Part shown: positions 20,378 to 29,900 of the stretch, in pieces | How the letters are laid out: each line of letters begins with the position of its first letter | Numbering within the stretch: the stretch's first letter is position 1 | Source of the DNA: Butyrivibrio sp. | GTDB lineage: Bacteria > Bacillota > Clostridia > Lachnospirales > Lachnospiraceae | DNA length: 52,081 nt | Reading direction: 5' to 3' | Assembly (NCBI GenBank): GCA_017445665.1 | Contig: JAFSTR010000169.1 | Coordinates: 1-52,081, forward strand | Notes under the pieces: model-generated | Told to the model about the DNA's origin: nothing | The model's database searches: none | Seen by the model: only the letters and a program-made list of their open reading frames with translations | Position numbers and translations under genes: made by a program

Positions 20378-22090
20378 ATGGCAAAGAGTCAAAGTGCCAG
20401 CCTTGACAGAAAAAAGCTGATGGCGGACCCGATAATGGTCACAACCATTGTGCTTTTGGTGGTATTTCTTACAATCTTTATCTTGTATCCGCTGGCTATT
20501 TTGTTGGTGGACAGTTTCGTTTCGGATGATGGATTAACACTTGATACTTTTAAGAGAGTAATGGCGCTTCCTAACTTCAGACGCGCTATCACCAATACTT
20601 TAAAGGTTGGTTTTTTAGTTGGAATTGCTTCGTCTCTCATAGGTCTTTTGTTTGCCTATGTTGAGGTATACGTTAAACTTCGTACAAAATTCATGGAAGG
20701 TCTTTTCAAGGTAGTATCAATGCTTCCTGTTGTTTCCCCTCCATTTGTTTTGTCACTTTCAATGATCATGCTTTTCGGAAAAGCAGGTATCATTACAAGA
20801 TTTCTTTTACATATCTACGACAACAGTGTGTATGGCTTCTGGGGTATAGCAATAGTCCAGACCCTTACATTTTTCCCGGTATGCTACATGATGCTCAAGG
20901 GTCTTTTGAAAAATATCGATCCTTCTCTTGAGGAGGCAGCAAGAGATATGGGTGCTTCCAGATTCAAGGTATTTATGACGGTCACACTTCCTTTGATCCT
21001 TCCCGGACTTGGAAATGCATTCCTTGTAACCTTCATCGAGTCTATAGCAGATTTCGCAAACCCTATGATCATCGGTGGTTCATATGATACGCTTGCAACA
21101 ACGATCTACCTGCAGATAACAGGTGCTTACGATAAGCAGGGCGCAGCAGCCATGGCGGTTGTTCTTCTGGCGATCACACTCCTTATGTTCGTGATACAGA
21201 AGTATTATCTTGAGGCTAAGAGTACAGCAACACTTTCAGGTAAGGCTTCAAGAGAACGTATGCTGATAACGGATAAGAGCGTTACGGTTCCTCTTACGAT
21301 CCTGTGCTCAGGTCTTGCAATCTTTGTTATCATCATGTACATCTGCGTACCTTTCGGAGCCATGTTCAGGACCTGGGGTTATGATTTCCATCTGACATTT
21401 AAGTGGTTCGGTCAGGTATTTACCAAGTACAAAGGATTTAAGGCATTTAAAGACAGCTTTATTTTGTCACTTATTTCAGCTCCTATAACAGCTCTTTTGT
21501 CCATGATAATTTCTTATCTGGTGGTAAAGAGAAAATTCAAGGCAAAAGGATTCATTGAGGCAGTATCAATGCTGGCCATGGCAGTTCCCGGAACTGTTCT
21601 CGGTATCGGATATATCAGAGGATTTTCAGGCGGACTCTTCGGTTCGGGCTTCCTTCAGGGACTGTACGGAACAGGAGCGATCCTGGTCATCGTATTCGTT
21701 GTACGAAGCCTTCCTACAGGTACCAGAAGCGGAATTTCAGCTCTTCGACAGATTGATAAGAGCATCGAGGAATCGGCTTATGACATGGGTGCAGACAGCT
21801 TCAAGGTATTCATGACGGTTACGCTTCCTCTTATCAAGGACAGTTTCCTTAGCGGCTTTGTTACTTCCTTCGTAAGGAGTATAACAGCCATCAGTGCTAT
21901 CATCCTTCTGGTTACACCTTCTTACCTTCTTATTACAGTTCAGATCAATGAGTTTGCTGAGAAGGGTGCTTACGGAATAGCCTGTGCATTCGCAACTATC
22001 CTGATAATCATAACTTATACCGCTGTTCTTCTCATGAACATATTCATGAAGTACTTCGGAACCAGCCGTAAGGTAAACATAGAAGACTAA
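20378..22090 (+). CDS. ABC transporter permease, fused double domain (FbpB/AfuB family)
   Basis: About 12 TM helices; two EAA loops (LEEAARDMGA, IEESAYDMGA). Confidence 0.93.
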   Translation: MAKSQSASLDRKKLMADPIMVTTIVLLVVFLTIFILYPLAILLVDSFVSDDGLTLDTFKRVMALPNFRRAITNTLKVGFLVGIASSLIGLLFAYVEVYVKLRTKFMEGLFKVVSMLPVVSPPFVLSLSMIMLFGKAGIITRFLLHIYDNSVYGFWGIAIVQTLTFFPVCYMMLKGLLKNIDPSLEEAARDMGASRFKVFMTVTLPLILPGLGNAFLVTFIESIADFANPMIIGGSYDTLATTIYLQITGAYDKQGAAAMAVVLLAITLLMFVIQKYYLEAKSTATLSGKASRERMLITDKSVTVPLTILCSGLAIFVIIMYICVPFGAMFRTWGYDFHLTFKWFGQVFTKYKGFKAFKDSFILSLISAPITALLSMIISYLVVKRKFKAKGFIEAVSMLAMAVPGTVLGIGYIRGFSGGLFGSGFLQGLYGTGAILVIVFVVRSLPTGTRSGISALRQIDKSIEESAYDMGADSFKVFMTVTLPLIKDSFLSGFVTSFVRSITAISAIILLVTPSYLLITVQINEFAEKGAYGIACAFATILIIITYTAVLLMNIFMKYFGTSRKVNIED

Positions 22091-22143
22091 CGAAACCAAA
22101 TATGAATTTAGGAACGCATGACAATGCGAGATAGGTGGATAAA

Positions 22144-23205
22144 ATGGCAAAAGAGAAAAAGGGCGTACGCCTTGAACACATTTCAAAGATATATAAAGAT
22201 CCCAAAACGGGAAAAGATTTTTATGCAGTAAAAGACCAGAACCTTGAGATCGAGCCCGGAAGCTTTGTTACACTGCTCGGACCATCAGGCTGCGGTAAGA
22301 CAACTACTCTGCGTATGATAGCAGGATTTGAATCACCGGATGAGGGTGAGATCTATCTGGGAGGAGAGCCTATCAACGCACTTACTCCCAACAAGCGTGA
22401 CACAGCAATGGTTTTCCAGAGCTATGCGCTTCTTCCTCACTACAACATTTTTGACAATGTAGCTTACGGACTTAAGCTGCGCAAGATGGATTCAGAGACC
22501 ATCAAGAAGAAGGTTACCGATATCCTTTCACTGGTTGGACTTGAGGGAATGGAGAACCGTATGACAAACCAGCTCTCGGGAGGACAGCAGCAGAGAGTTG
22601 CCCTTGCCAGAGCACTTGTAATTGAGCCCGGAGTTCTTTTGTTCGATGAGCCTTTGTCAAACCTTGATGCAAAGCTCAGGGTTTCCATGAGAACAGAGAT
22701 CAGACGTATCCAGCAGGAAGCCGGGATTACAGCTGTCTATGTAACACATGACCAGTCAGAGGCTATGGCTATATCCGACAAGGTCATCATTATGAACAAG
22801 GGTATTGTAGAGCAGGTGGCTACTCCACAGGAAGCATACTATTACCCCAACAGTAAGTTTGTTGCAGACTTCATCGGCGAGTGTAACTTCCTTAAGGCCA
22901 AGGTTACAGGCCAGGATATGGTTGAGATCGACGGAGCTGCAGTAAAGTGCGCTACAGGAAACCTTGAGAGCGGAGCAGAGTGCGACGTTGTGCTCCGTCC
23001 AGAGGGAGCTACTCTTTCAGATACAGGAGTCATCAAGGGAATCGTTGATTACTCATGTTTCATGGGTGCTTATCAGGACTATCGCATCAAAGTGGGCGAG
23101 AGCTTTGTTAAGATCCAGGAGTACAATCCTAAGAATAAAAAGATCTATAAGGTCGGCGATACGGTTTATCTTGGATTTGAGGATAATACTCTATACGCAC
23201 TTTAA
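22144..23205 (+). CDS. ABC transporter ATP-binding protein (FbpC/PotA family, TOBE domain)
   Basis: RBS AGGTGG suits ATG 22144; GPSGCGKT, LSGGQQQR, LLFDEP. Confidence 0.95.
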   Translation: MAKEKKGVRLEHISKIYKDPKTGKDFYAVKDQNLEIEPGSFVTLLGPSGCGKTTTLRMIAGFESPDEGEIYLGGEPINALTPNKRDTAMVFQSYALLPHYNIFDNVAYGLKLRKMDSETIKKKVTDILSLVGLEGMENRMTNQLSGGQQQRVALARALVIEPGVLLFDEPLSNLDAKLRVSMRTEIRRIQQEAGITAVYVTHDQSEAMAISDKVIIMNKGIVEQVATPQEAYYYPNSKFVADFIGECNFLKAKVTGQDMVEIDGAAVKCATGNLESGAECDVVLRPEGATLSDTGVIKGIVDYSCFMGAYQDYRIKVGESFVKIQEYNPKNKKIYKVGDTVYLGFEDNTLYAL

Positions 23206-23216
23206 AGGGGTAAGCT

Positions 23217-23915
23217 ATGACTTTTGCAACGATTATTGATTATTTACAGAGTACAGACAGCATTGCTGTAGCCATAAGGCTTGTGATCGCCACAGTCTTC
23301 GGAGGCCTTGTCGGATGGGAGAGGATCATCAAGCACCACAGCGCCGGGATTAAGACTCACGCTCTGGTAAGCCTGGGTTCAGCTTCCGCCACGGCTCTCA
23401 ACATCTATCTGGCCATGATTCCGGGACTTAATGCCGATGCCAGCAGGATACCCGCCGGAGTGGTGAGCGGAATCGGATTTATTGGTGCAGGTACTATTAT
23501 AGTTACAGGCAGAAAGCAGATAAAGGGTCTTTCTACGGCTGCTACAGTATGGGTGACTTCATGTATGGGAATGGCCATTGGAGCCGGATATCTGGAGATA
23601 GGCTGTGTATGCCTTATCATGGTAGAATTTTCAAATATCCTGTTAAAACAGCTCTCCAACAAGGTTGAAGGCTACAGCAAGTTCATGAACATTTACATTG
23701 AAGTGAACAAAAACCGTGGGGTAAATAAGCTAAGAAACCTCCTTTCCGACAACGGCTTTTCTATCATAAGCATGACAAAGAGCAAGGAGAAAACCCTTCA
23801 GTCTTCGGATACGGGACTTATACTGGACCTGGATCTTGGAAGGAATAAATCCCACGATGAGGTCCTGAATGTTCTTAGTAATGAAGAATTTGTTAATTAT
23901 GTAGAAGAAGTATAA
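23217..23915 (+). CDS. MgtC/SapB family membrane protein
   Basis: GWER...AGIKTH...DASRIPAGVVSGIGFIGAG...GLSTAATVW. Confidence 0.92.
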   Translation: MTFATIIDYLQSTDSIAVAIRLVIATVFGGLVGWERIIKHHSAGIKTHALVSLGSASATALNIYLAMIPGLNADASRIPAGVVSGIGFIGAGTIIVTGRKQIKGLSTAATVWVTSCMGMAIGAGYLEIGCVCLIMVEFSNILLKQLSNKVEGYSKFMNIYIEVNKNRGVNKLRNLLSDNGFSIISMTKSKEKTLQSSDTGLILDLDLGRNKSHDEVLNVLSNEEFVNYVEEV

Positions 23916-23931
23916 AACATTCATAAATAAT

Positions 23932-23968
23932 GGGGCTTTACCGGGTAAAACGCTGGTGAGCCCCTTTT
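23932..23968 (+). terminator. Intrinsic terminator
   Basis: GGGGCTTTACCGG...CTGGTGAGCCCC followed by TTTT. Confidence 0.7.
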
Positions 23969-24023
23969 GTATTTGCTAAAATATAGAGTAGTGTTGTGTG
24001 TTATTTCGGAAGGATGACATATT

Positions 24024-25172
24024 ATGGTAATAGAAGGCTGGCAGGTAAATAACTTTTTTACTTTGTTCTTGATCATTCTAATACTCTTGTTTCACAGGAG
24101 AAGCACAAGAGTCAAAACCGGAAGAATGTTTACATACATACTTATATGCACTCTGGTCCTTGTGGTGGCTGACACCTTCGCAAGAATAGGTGAGAACAGA
24201 GGCGGAACATATATCATCATTGCTTTTTTGGGAAATCTTGCCATGTTCCTGGCTGATCCTCTGGTTGTCCTGTTTTCCGTGATCTATATCGACTGCTGGA
24301 TGGATGAAAAGAACAAGAAACAGCGCAAGGTATTCAAGGTCATTTTCCAGTTTTTTGCAATACTTAACATAGTGCTGGTTTTGGCGGATCAGATATTCGG
24401 ATTTAAGTGGTTCTTCTATTTCGACAGAGCAGACTACAATAGAGGACGATTCTTTATGGCAAGAGCCATAGTCCTTGCTCTGTTTATCTTCCTTGTCACG
24501 GTGTATATCCTGGTGTTCAGAAAAAACGTACTTACAGACTACAGAAGAACGCTGTATGTTATGCCTGTATTTGCTCTGATAGGAACCATTGTCCAGGTAT
24601 TTTATTCGGGATTAAACGCTACTTATGCTGCGGGAGCTCTGGCCTGCCTTATCATCTTTATCAGCTTCCAGAGCAATGATGTAAACATGGATAGCCTTAC
24701 GGGAGTTTTGAACAGGCGTGGATTCGATATAAGGCTGGAACAGCTCATGAGCAGCAGTGCAGAGGGCGAGGGGAATTTCAGTGCTGTCATGTTTAACATC
24801 GAGCACTTTAAGGACATCAATGACGCCTACGGGCATGAGGAAGGCGACGGAGCCATCATGGTATTTTCAGACATGCTGGTTGACGCCTTTGGCGAGAACT
24901 GTCAGGTTGGCAGGATCGACGGAGTCAAGTTCTGTGTTCTTACCGAAAAAACTTCTGAGCCCGAGATAAAAGAAGGGATCAGAATAGTTAAGAACTCTCT
25001 GAATATGGTCAGAAAAAAATGCGGATGGAGTGACAAGATCGGAGTAAGATATATATATGAGACCTTCGACCCGAAGCTTGATGTGAGTGCTGCGGAGTAC
25101 CGAAGGCATCTCGATGACCTGATGCAGAAAAAGAAATATGGAGAGGAGAAGACGCAACAGGGGGAGACATAA
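24024..25172 (+). CDS. Membrane protein with degenerate GGDEF domain
   Basis: About 7 TM helices; DSLTGVLNRR, FKDINDAYGHEEGD; active site reads RIDGVKF. Confidence 0.85.
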   Translation: MVIEGWQVNNFFTLFLIILILLFHRRSTRVKTGRMFTYILICTLVLVVADTFARIGENRGGTYIIIAFLGNLAMFLADPLVVLFSVIYIDCWMDEKNKKQRKVFKVIFQFFAILNIVLVLADQIFGFKWFFYFDRADYNRGRFFMARAIVLALFIFLVTVYILVFRKNVLTDYRRTLYVMPVFALIGTIVQVFYSGLNATYAAGALACLIIFISFQSNDVNMDSLTGVLNRRGFDIRLEQLMSSSAEGEGNFSAVMFNIEHFKDINDAYGHEEGDGAIMVFSDMLVDAFGENCQVGRIDGVKFCVLTEKTSEPEIKEGIRIVKNSLNMVRKKCGWSDKIGVRYIYETFDPKLDVSAAEYRRHLDDLMQKKKYGEEKTQQGET

Positions 25173-25174
25173 TA

Positions 25175-26293
25175 ATGCAGGAAGATTTTCATTACTATGC
25201 AACTTATTGCGCAGCATATCTGGCGGGGTATTCACACGAGGAGAGCCTGGACATATGCTACTGTGCGCAGTTTGTTGATCTGTGTTCGACAACTTTTTTG
25301 TCCAAGATAAAGGCCCCCATAAAGGCAGCCACAACCCAGCTTTCGCTTGAGATGATGGATGCAAGGACTGATATCATCGGACTTCAGGATATAACCAGGA
25401 TCTGGGCCTCATTCCACTTTCTCCCCAGAGATCTTTATGCAGTAAAACCGAATCGCTCGAAACGTTACATGAGCAAATACAGACTTATCTGTGGTCCCAA
25501 CGGTGATCTTTTGGAAAAGACCGTAAGGCTGGCTAAGGGTAAGTCTCTTCAGCATGCGGGAATTGCAATGCATGTGCTTGCAGACACCTGGGCACACATG
25601 TATTTTGCCGGAACCCCTTCTCTTGTCATCAATAATGTAAACAATTCATTTTACGAGATACTAGAAAAAGACGGAGAGGAATATGCAAGACAGATAAAGT
25701 TCAGGCACAATCCATCCGCTCCGGACGACATAGAAAAAGGTCTTTATACCAACAGCCTTTATCAGTCAAATGAGAATTCCATCATGAACCTTGGGCATGG
25801 AAGAGCAGGGCATTTCCCCGATTACTCTTTTGCCAGATACAAGTATATGCCTGCCTGGGCAGATTACTACGAAGTATTAAAGGACAACCCCTCGGATTAC
25901 GAGAGGGCCTTTACGCAGATGGTTTATGCCCTTAAGTATTTAAGGGGCGAGACAGAGTCTTTTGTAAAAGATACTTATGATACCTCTGTGATGGAGAAGT
26001 ATGGGGACAGGATAAGAACGATCATAAGAAAGAGACAGCTAAACGCCTGCGAGGACTGGAAGAAATTCGGAGAGGAGCTCTCGGGGGAGACCATTGAGAA
26101 ATTCGACCTGACAAAGTATGAGGATGAGTACGATCTGATACCTGCAGATTCCAAGAATAAATCCTTCATCGGGAAATTCATCGAGGGAGCGCTGCAGCAA
26201 AAAGGAATGGTAACAGACGAGATATCAAAGGCCGGTATCAGTCATGCCGGATTTGTTATACCAATTGAGCTTAATAAGAGGAAATCGGGATGA
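25175..26293 (+). CDS. Conserved hypothetical protein (DUF6765-like), putative metal-binding
   Basis: DFHYYATY N-terminus, FHFLP, GIAMHVLADTWAH, LGHG motifs; family name from recall. Confidence 0.65.
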   Translation: MQEDFHYYATYCAAYLAGYSHEESLDICYCAQFVDLCSTTFLSKIKAPIKAATTQLSLEMMDARTDIIGLQDITRIWASFHFLPRDLYAVKPNRSKRYMSKYRLICGPNGDLLEKTVRLAKGKSLQHAGIAMHVLADTWAHMYFAGTPSLVINNVNNSFYEILEKDGEEYARQIKFRHNPSAPDDIEKGLYTNSLYQSNENSIMNLGHGRAGHFPDYSFARYKYMPAWADYYEVLKDNPSDYERAFTQMVYALKYLRGETESFVKDTYDTSVMEKYGDRIRTIIRKRQLNACEDWKKFGEELSGETIEKFDLTKYEDEYDLIPADSKNKSFIGKFIEGALQQKGMVTDEISKAGISHAGFVIPIELNKRKSG

Positions 26294-26823
26294 CAAAATT
26301 ACAAAGGATAAGTAATTCATTATTCGGAGTGGCCATGATAGTGACTGCATTTTTTCTGGCCTATAACCCGAAAGAGGCATACAGAGTTGTGATCTCTTTT
26401 CTGGCCATTGGATTTTTGGTTTCGGGCATTGCGACCCTCAGTTATTATTTCACCATGGCCAGATATATGGTTGGCGGCAAGATAATACTTTACAGGGGCG
26501 TACTGCTTTTTGACTTTGCCATTTTCTCGGGAGCTCTAGCGGATGTCCCAAGGTTTTATGTGCTGGTATATCTGGCGGTCATCCATCTGTTCTCGGGACT
26601 GGTTGAGGTACTGAGGTCCGCAGAGGCCAGAGGGAACGGAGGAAAGAGCTGGGGGCTTAAGCTGATACACGGCATCATAAATATTACAGCCGCGATCTGC
26701 TGTCTCGTTTTTGCCAAAAAGACCAATACGGCGGTCTACATATACTGCGCCGGTATTTTTTACTCCGGTATAATAAGGATTGTTCAGGCTTTCAGAAAGA
26801 CATCTTTTGTATATATCAGATGA
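26290..26823 (+). CDS. HdeD/DUF308-like membrane protein
   Basis: 177 aa with about 6 short Gly-containing TM helices; ATGA overlap with the upstream gene. Confidence 0.7.
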   Translation: MTKLQRISNSLFGVAMIVTAFFLAYNPKEAYRVVISFLAIGFLVSGIATLSYYFTMARYMVGGKIILYRGVLLFDFAIFSGALADVPRFYVLVYLAVIHLFSGLVEVLRSAEARGNGGKSWGLKLIHGIINITAAICCLVFAKKTNTAVYIYCAGIFYSGIIRIVQAFRKTSFVYIR

Positions 26824-26827
26824 TCAC

Positions 26828-26862
26828 AGCCGCTTACCTTGATATGGGTAAGCGGTTTTTTT
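26828..26862 (+). terminator. Intrinsic terminator
   Basis: AGCCGCTTACC...GGTAAGCGGTT followed by a T run. Confidence 0.85.
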
Positions 26863-26881
26863 ATGCCCTTTTTCGGGTGAG

Positions 26882-26944
26882 CAAAAATATATAAAAAGTG
26901 GCTTGGATTTTATAAATACAGTGCCCACGGAGCTTTGATAGAAT
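26882..26944 (+). promoter_or_regulatory. Candidate activator direct repeat + -10 for the GH43 gene
   Basis: CAAAAATATATAAA / TTGGATTTTATAAA with 21-bp period, then TGaTAGAAT; same layout as 33591-33652. Confidence 0.55.
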
Positions 26945-26992
26945 ACAAAGCGGTTGGAACTTTTTTTGAAAAAAGTGAAAGGGGGAAACAAA

Positions 26993-29900
26993 ATGAGAAG
27001 GAACGCCAGGTTCCATGCAATCGCACTGGCTGCTGCACTTGGACTGCAGACAATCAGTGCTCCTTTGGCATATGCTGCCGAAGAAGATCAGCAGCTCGAG
27101 CTGCCGGAAGAAGGGGAAACACCTGAGGAAAAAGAGACTCCAGATGAGGAGAAGCCTTTGGATCAGGAGGAGAAAGACGGCAAAAACGAAGCTGAAGAAG
27201 AAAAGAAGGTAGAAGAAGAGAAGAAGGCAGAGGAAGAGAAGAAGGTAGAAGAAGAGAAAGACGAAGAAGATAAGGCGCAGGAAGAGGCTGAAGTAAAAAA
27301 GGAAAGTGAAGCTGATCCTGAGAATGCAGCGGAAGCTGCAGAGGAAGAGATCACCACACTTGACCTGGAAGAATCCGGCCCCTGCCCGGAAGCTGTGGTA
27401 AACAGGGGAGATCTTCTATGGGAAGTTGACATGAACGATCTCTCAGCTTTTGACCTGTACACAGGCCCGGCTGAGGGTACATGGTCAAGTGCTGACGGCA
27501 TTGTAAGGATTGACGGAGGACACGGAAACAAGGCTATTTCCAAGAGACAGGACTTTAGTGACCTGGTCCTTGAGTGTGACGTAACTGTTGAAAAGCAGGC
27601 TGATCTGCCTGATAAATCCAGTGCTCAGGGCGGAATACTCTTTAGGGCATCTCAAGGCGCAAACCGTCAGAACGACGGATATTTCGGCTACTATCTTGGT
27701 GTTAACGCAAAGGGACAGGAGCTCATCCTTGGAAGATGTTCAGGCAACAACTGGTACCAGATTGCAACAAAGAGAATGAATGCCGAGTTTGGAAAGACCT
27801 ATCACCTGACAGTGGTGGCAAAAGGTTCTGAGATTACCTGCTATGCAGACCAAGGCGGTGAGAACCTTGCAACCATCTCAGTTACAGATACAACACACGC
27901 AAGTGGCGGTATCGGAATGAGAAACTGGCTCTCTCACTCAAGCTTTAGAAATCTCAAGGTAAGCGAGTACAAGGAGAAGGTTCTTTCTGATGAGGAGTGC
28001 CTTGAGGAAGTGGAGAAGGCTATTGATAATATCACAATTCCCGGTGCGGATTCTGTAAGAGGAAACATAACTCTTCCCGATAAGCTGGGAGATGTGGAGC
28101 TTAGCTGGGAGTCAGACAATGAGGATGTTATAAGCTCAAAGGCTGTTTCGCAGGATGATTACTATGATATCCCCGCAGGTGTTGTAAGAAGGGGAAGCTC
28201 TGACGAGAAGGTAACTCTTACTGTCACAGCAAGCCTTGGGGATGTGTCTTTGTCAAAAGACATGGAGGTTACGGTTCTTGCAAAGACTGAGCCTGACACA
28301 GACTATGTTGGATATCTGTATGCGCACTTTAAGGAGATCCCGGGACAGAAGGGCGAGCAGGATATCTTTTACGGAATAAGTGATGACGGTCTTAACTGGA
28401 CAGCTTTAAACGGCAACGAAGCAGTCCTTAAGTCAGACGTCAGTGACATGGCAACAAGAGATCCTTACATCATAAGAAGTGCAGAGGGAGACAGGTTCTT
28501 CCTTCTGGCTACGGATCAGGATATCTACAAATACGGAAACAATATTCCCTGGGACAGGCTCTCAACTCAGGGCAGTACAGCACTTACCATCTGGGAGTCC
28601 ACAGACCTTGTGAACTGGACAAATGAGAGAAATGTTGATGTGGCAGGTTCCATCGACGGCGGATGCGCATGGGCACCTGAGGCCATCTATGATGAGGGCA
28701 CAGGCGAGTACCTTGTATACTGGGCAAGCAAGATCGCTGCCGACAACTATGCAAGGCAGTACACCTTTGTTTCAAGGACAAGGGATTTCTACACATTTAC
28801 AGAACCTGAGCTGTTCAATGATTTTGGAAGCAACATTGACACTTCAATGCTCAAGGTAGGAGATGATTACTACAGGCTCACTAAGATCGAGGACGGCATG
28901 TATGTAAGACTCGATAAGGCAAGCGGAAGACTTCGCTCCTACGGGAATGGTGTTACAACCAAAAGGATCGGAAATCTGACCTTTAACGTAGTAGGAAACA
29001 ATTACAGTTATATTGCAAACACAGCGGACGGATGCCTTGAGTCCTTCAGAGGAAACTATGAGGGCGGCACAATGTTCAAGTTCAACGACCGCGATGAGTG
29101 GTGCGTAATGCTTGATGAGTACGGCGGGCAGACAAGAGGATACATTCCTTTCACAACAGGTGACCTCAGTGCTCCAAACTCAGTGCACGTTCTTGATGAA
29201 GATATGTATACTGCTCAGGAGGGCTGCAAACACGGAGTTATCCTTCCTGTTACGGCTTCAGAGTATGACAGCCTTATAAGAGCTTACGGCGTTCCTAAGG
29301 GTCTTTTCGCAGGGCTTGATAAGTCCGAGGGACCGGTAACTGAGATTGATTTCGAAGAAGCAGACGGATCAAAAGTTACCTGCAGGGGAGAAGATCTTGG
29401 ACTTACACTTTACGGAAATGCAGAGCTTAAGGATGGCGCTCTTTATCTGGACGGCTCGGATGATAGCTACGCTGCCTTTGAGAGCGGAGTATTTGACGGG
29501 GCAAAAGAGATGACTATCAGCTTTGATGTTAAGGCTCTTATGTCAGATGCGACAGGAATGGCTCTTTACCTTGGAAACGATGCAGATAAGTATATGTATG
29601 TCGGAGTAAATGATGAAGAAACCAACGCCGGCAACACTGCAAGAGGTAAGAGCGGTATTAAGGAAGTTAAAGTGGGCGGCTACGGAAACTACGACAGACT
29701 TATGCATCTGGATGCGGTTGTAAGTGACCACAACCTTTCACTTTATGCGGACGGTCTTTATATCGGAACCGTTAAGAACAGAAATATTTCTGAGCTGGGA
29801 AAAGACCTTACGATGTATCTTGGCAGGTCATTGGCAGGAGAGAGGCCTTTTAAGGGAAGCATCGATAACCTGAAGATCTATAACAGAGCACTTACCATGG

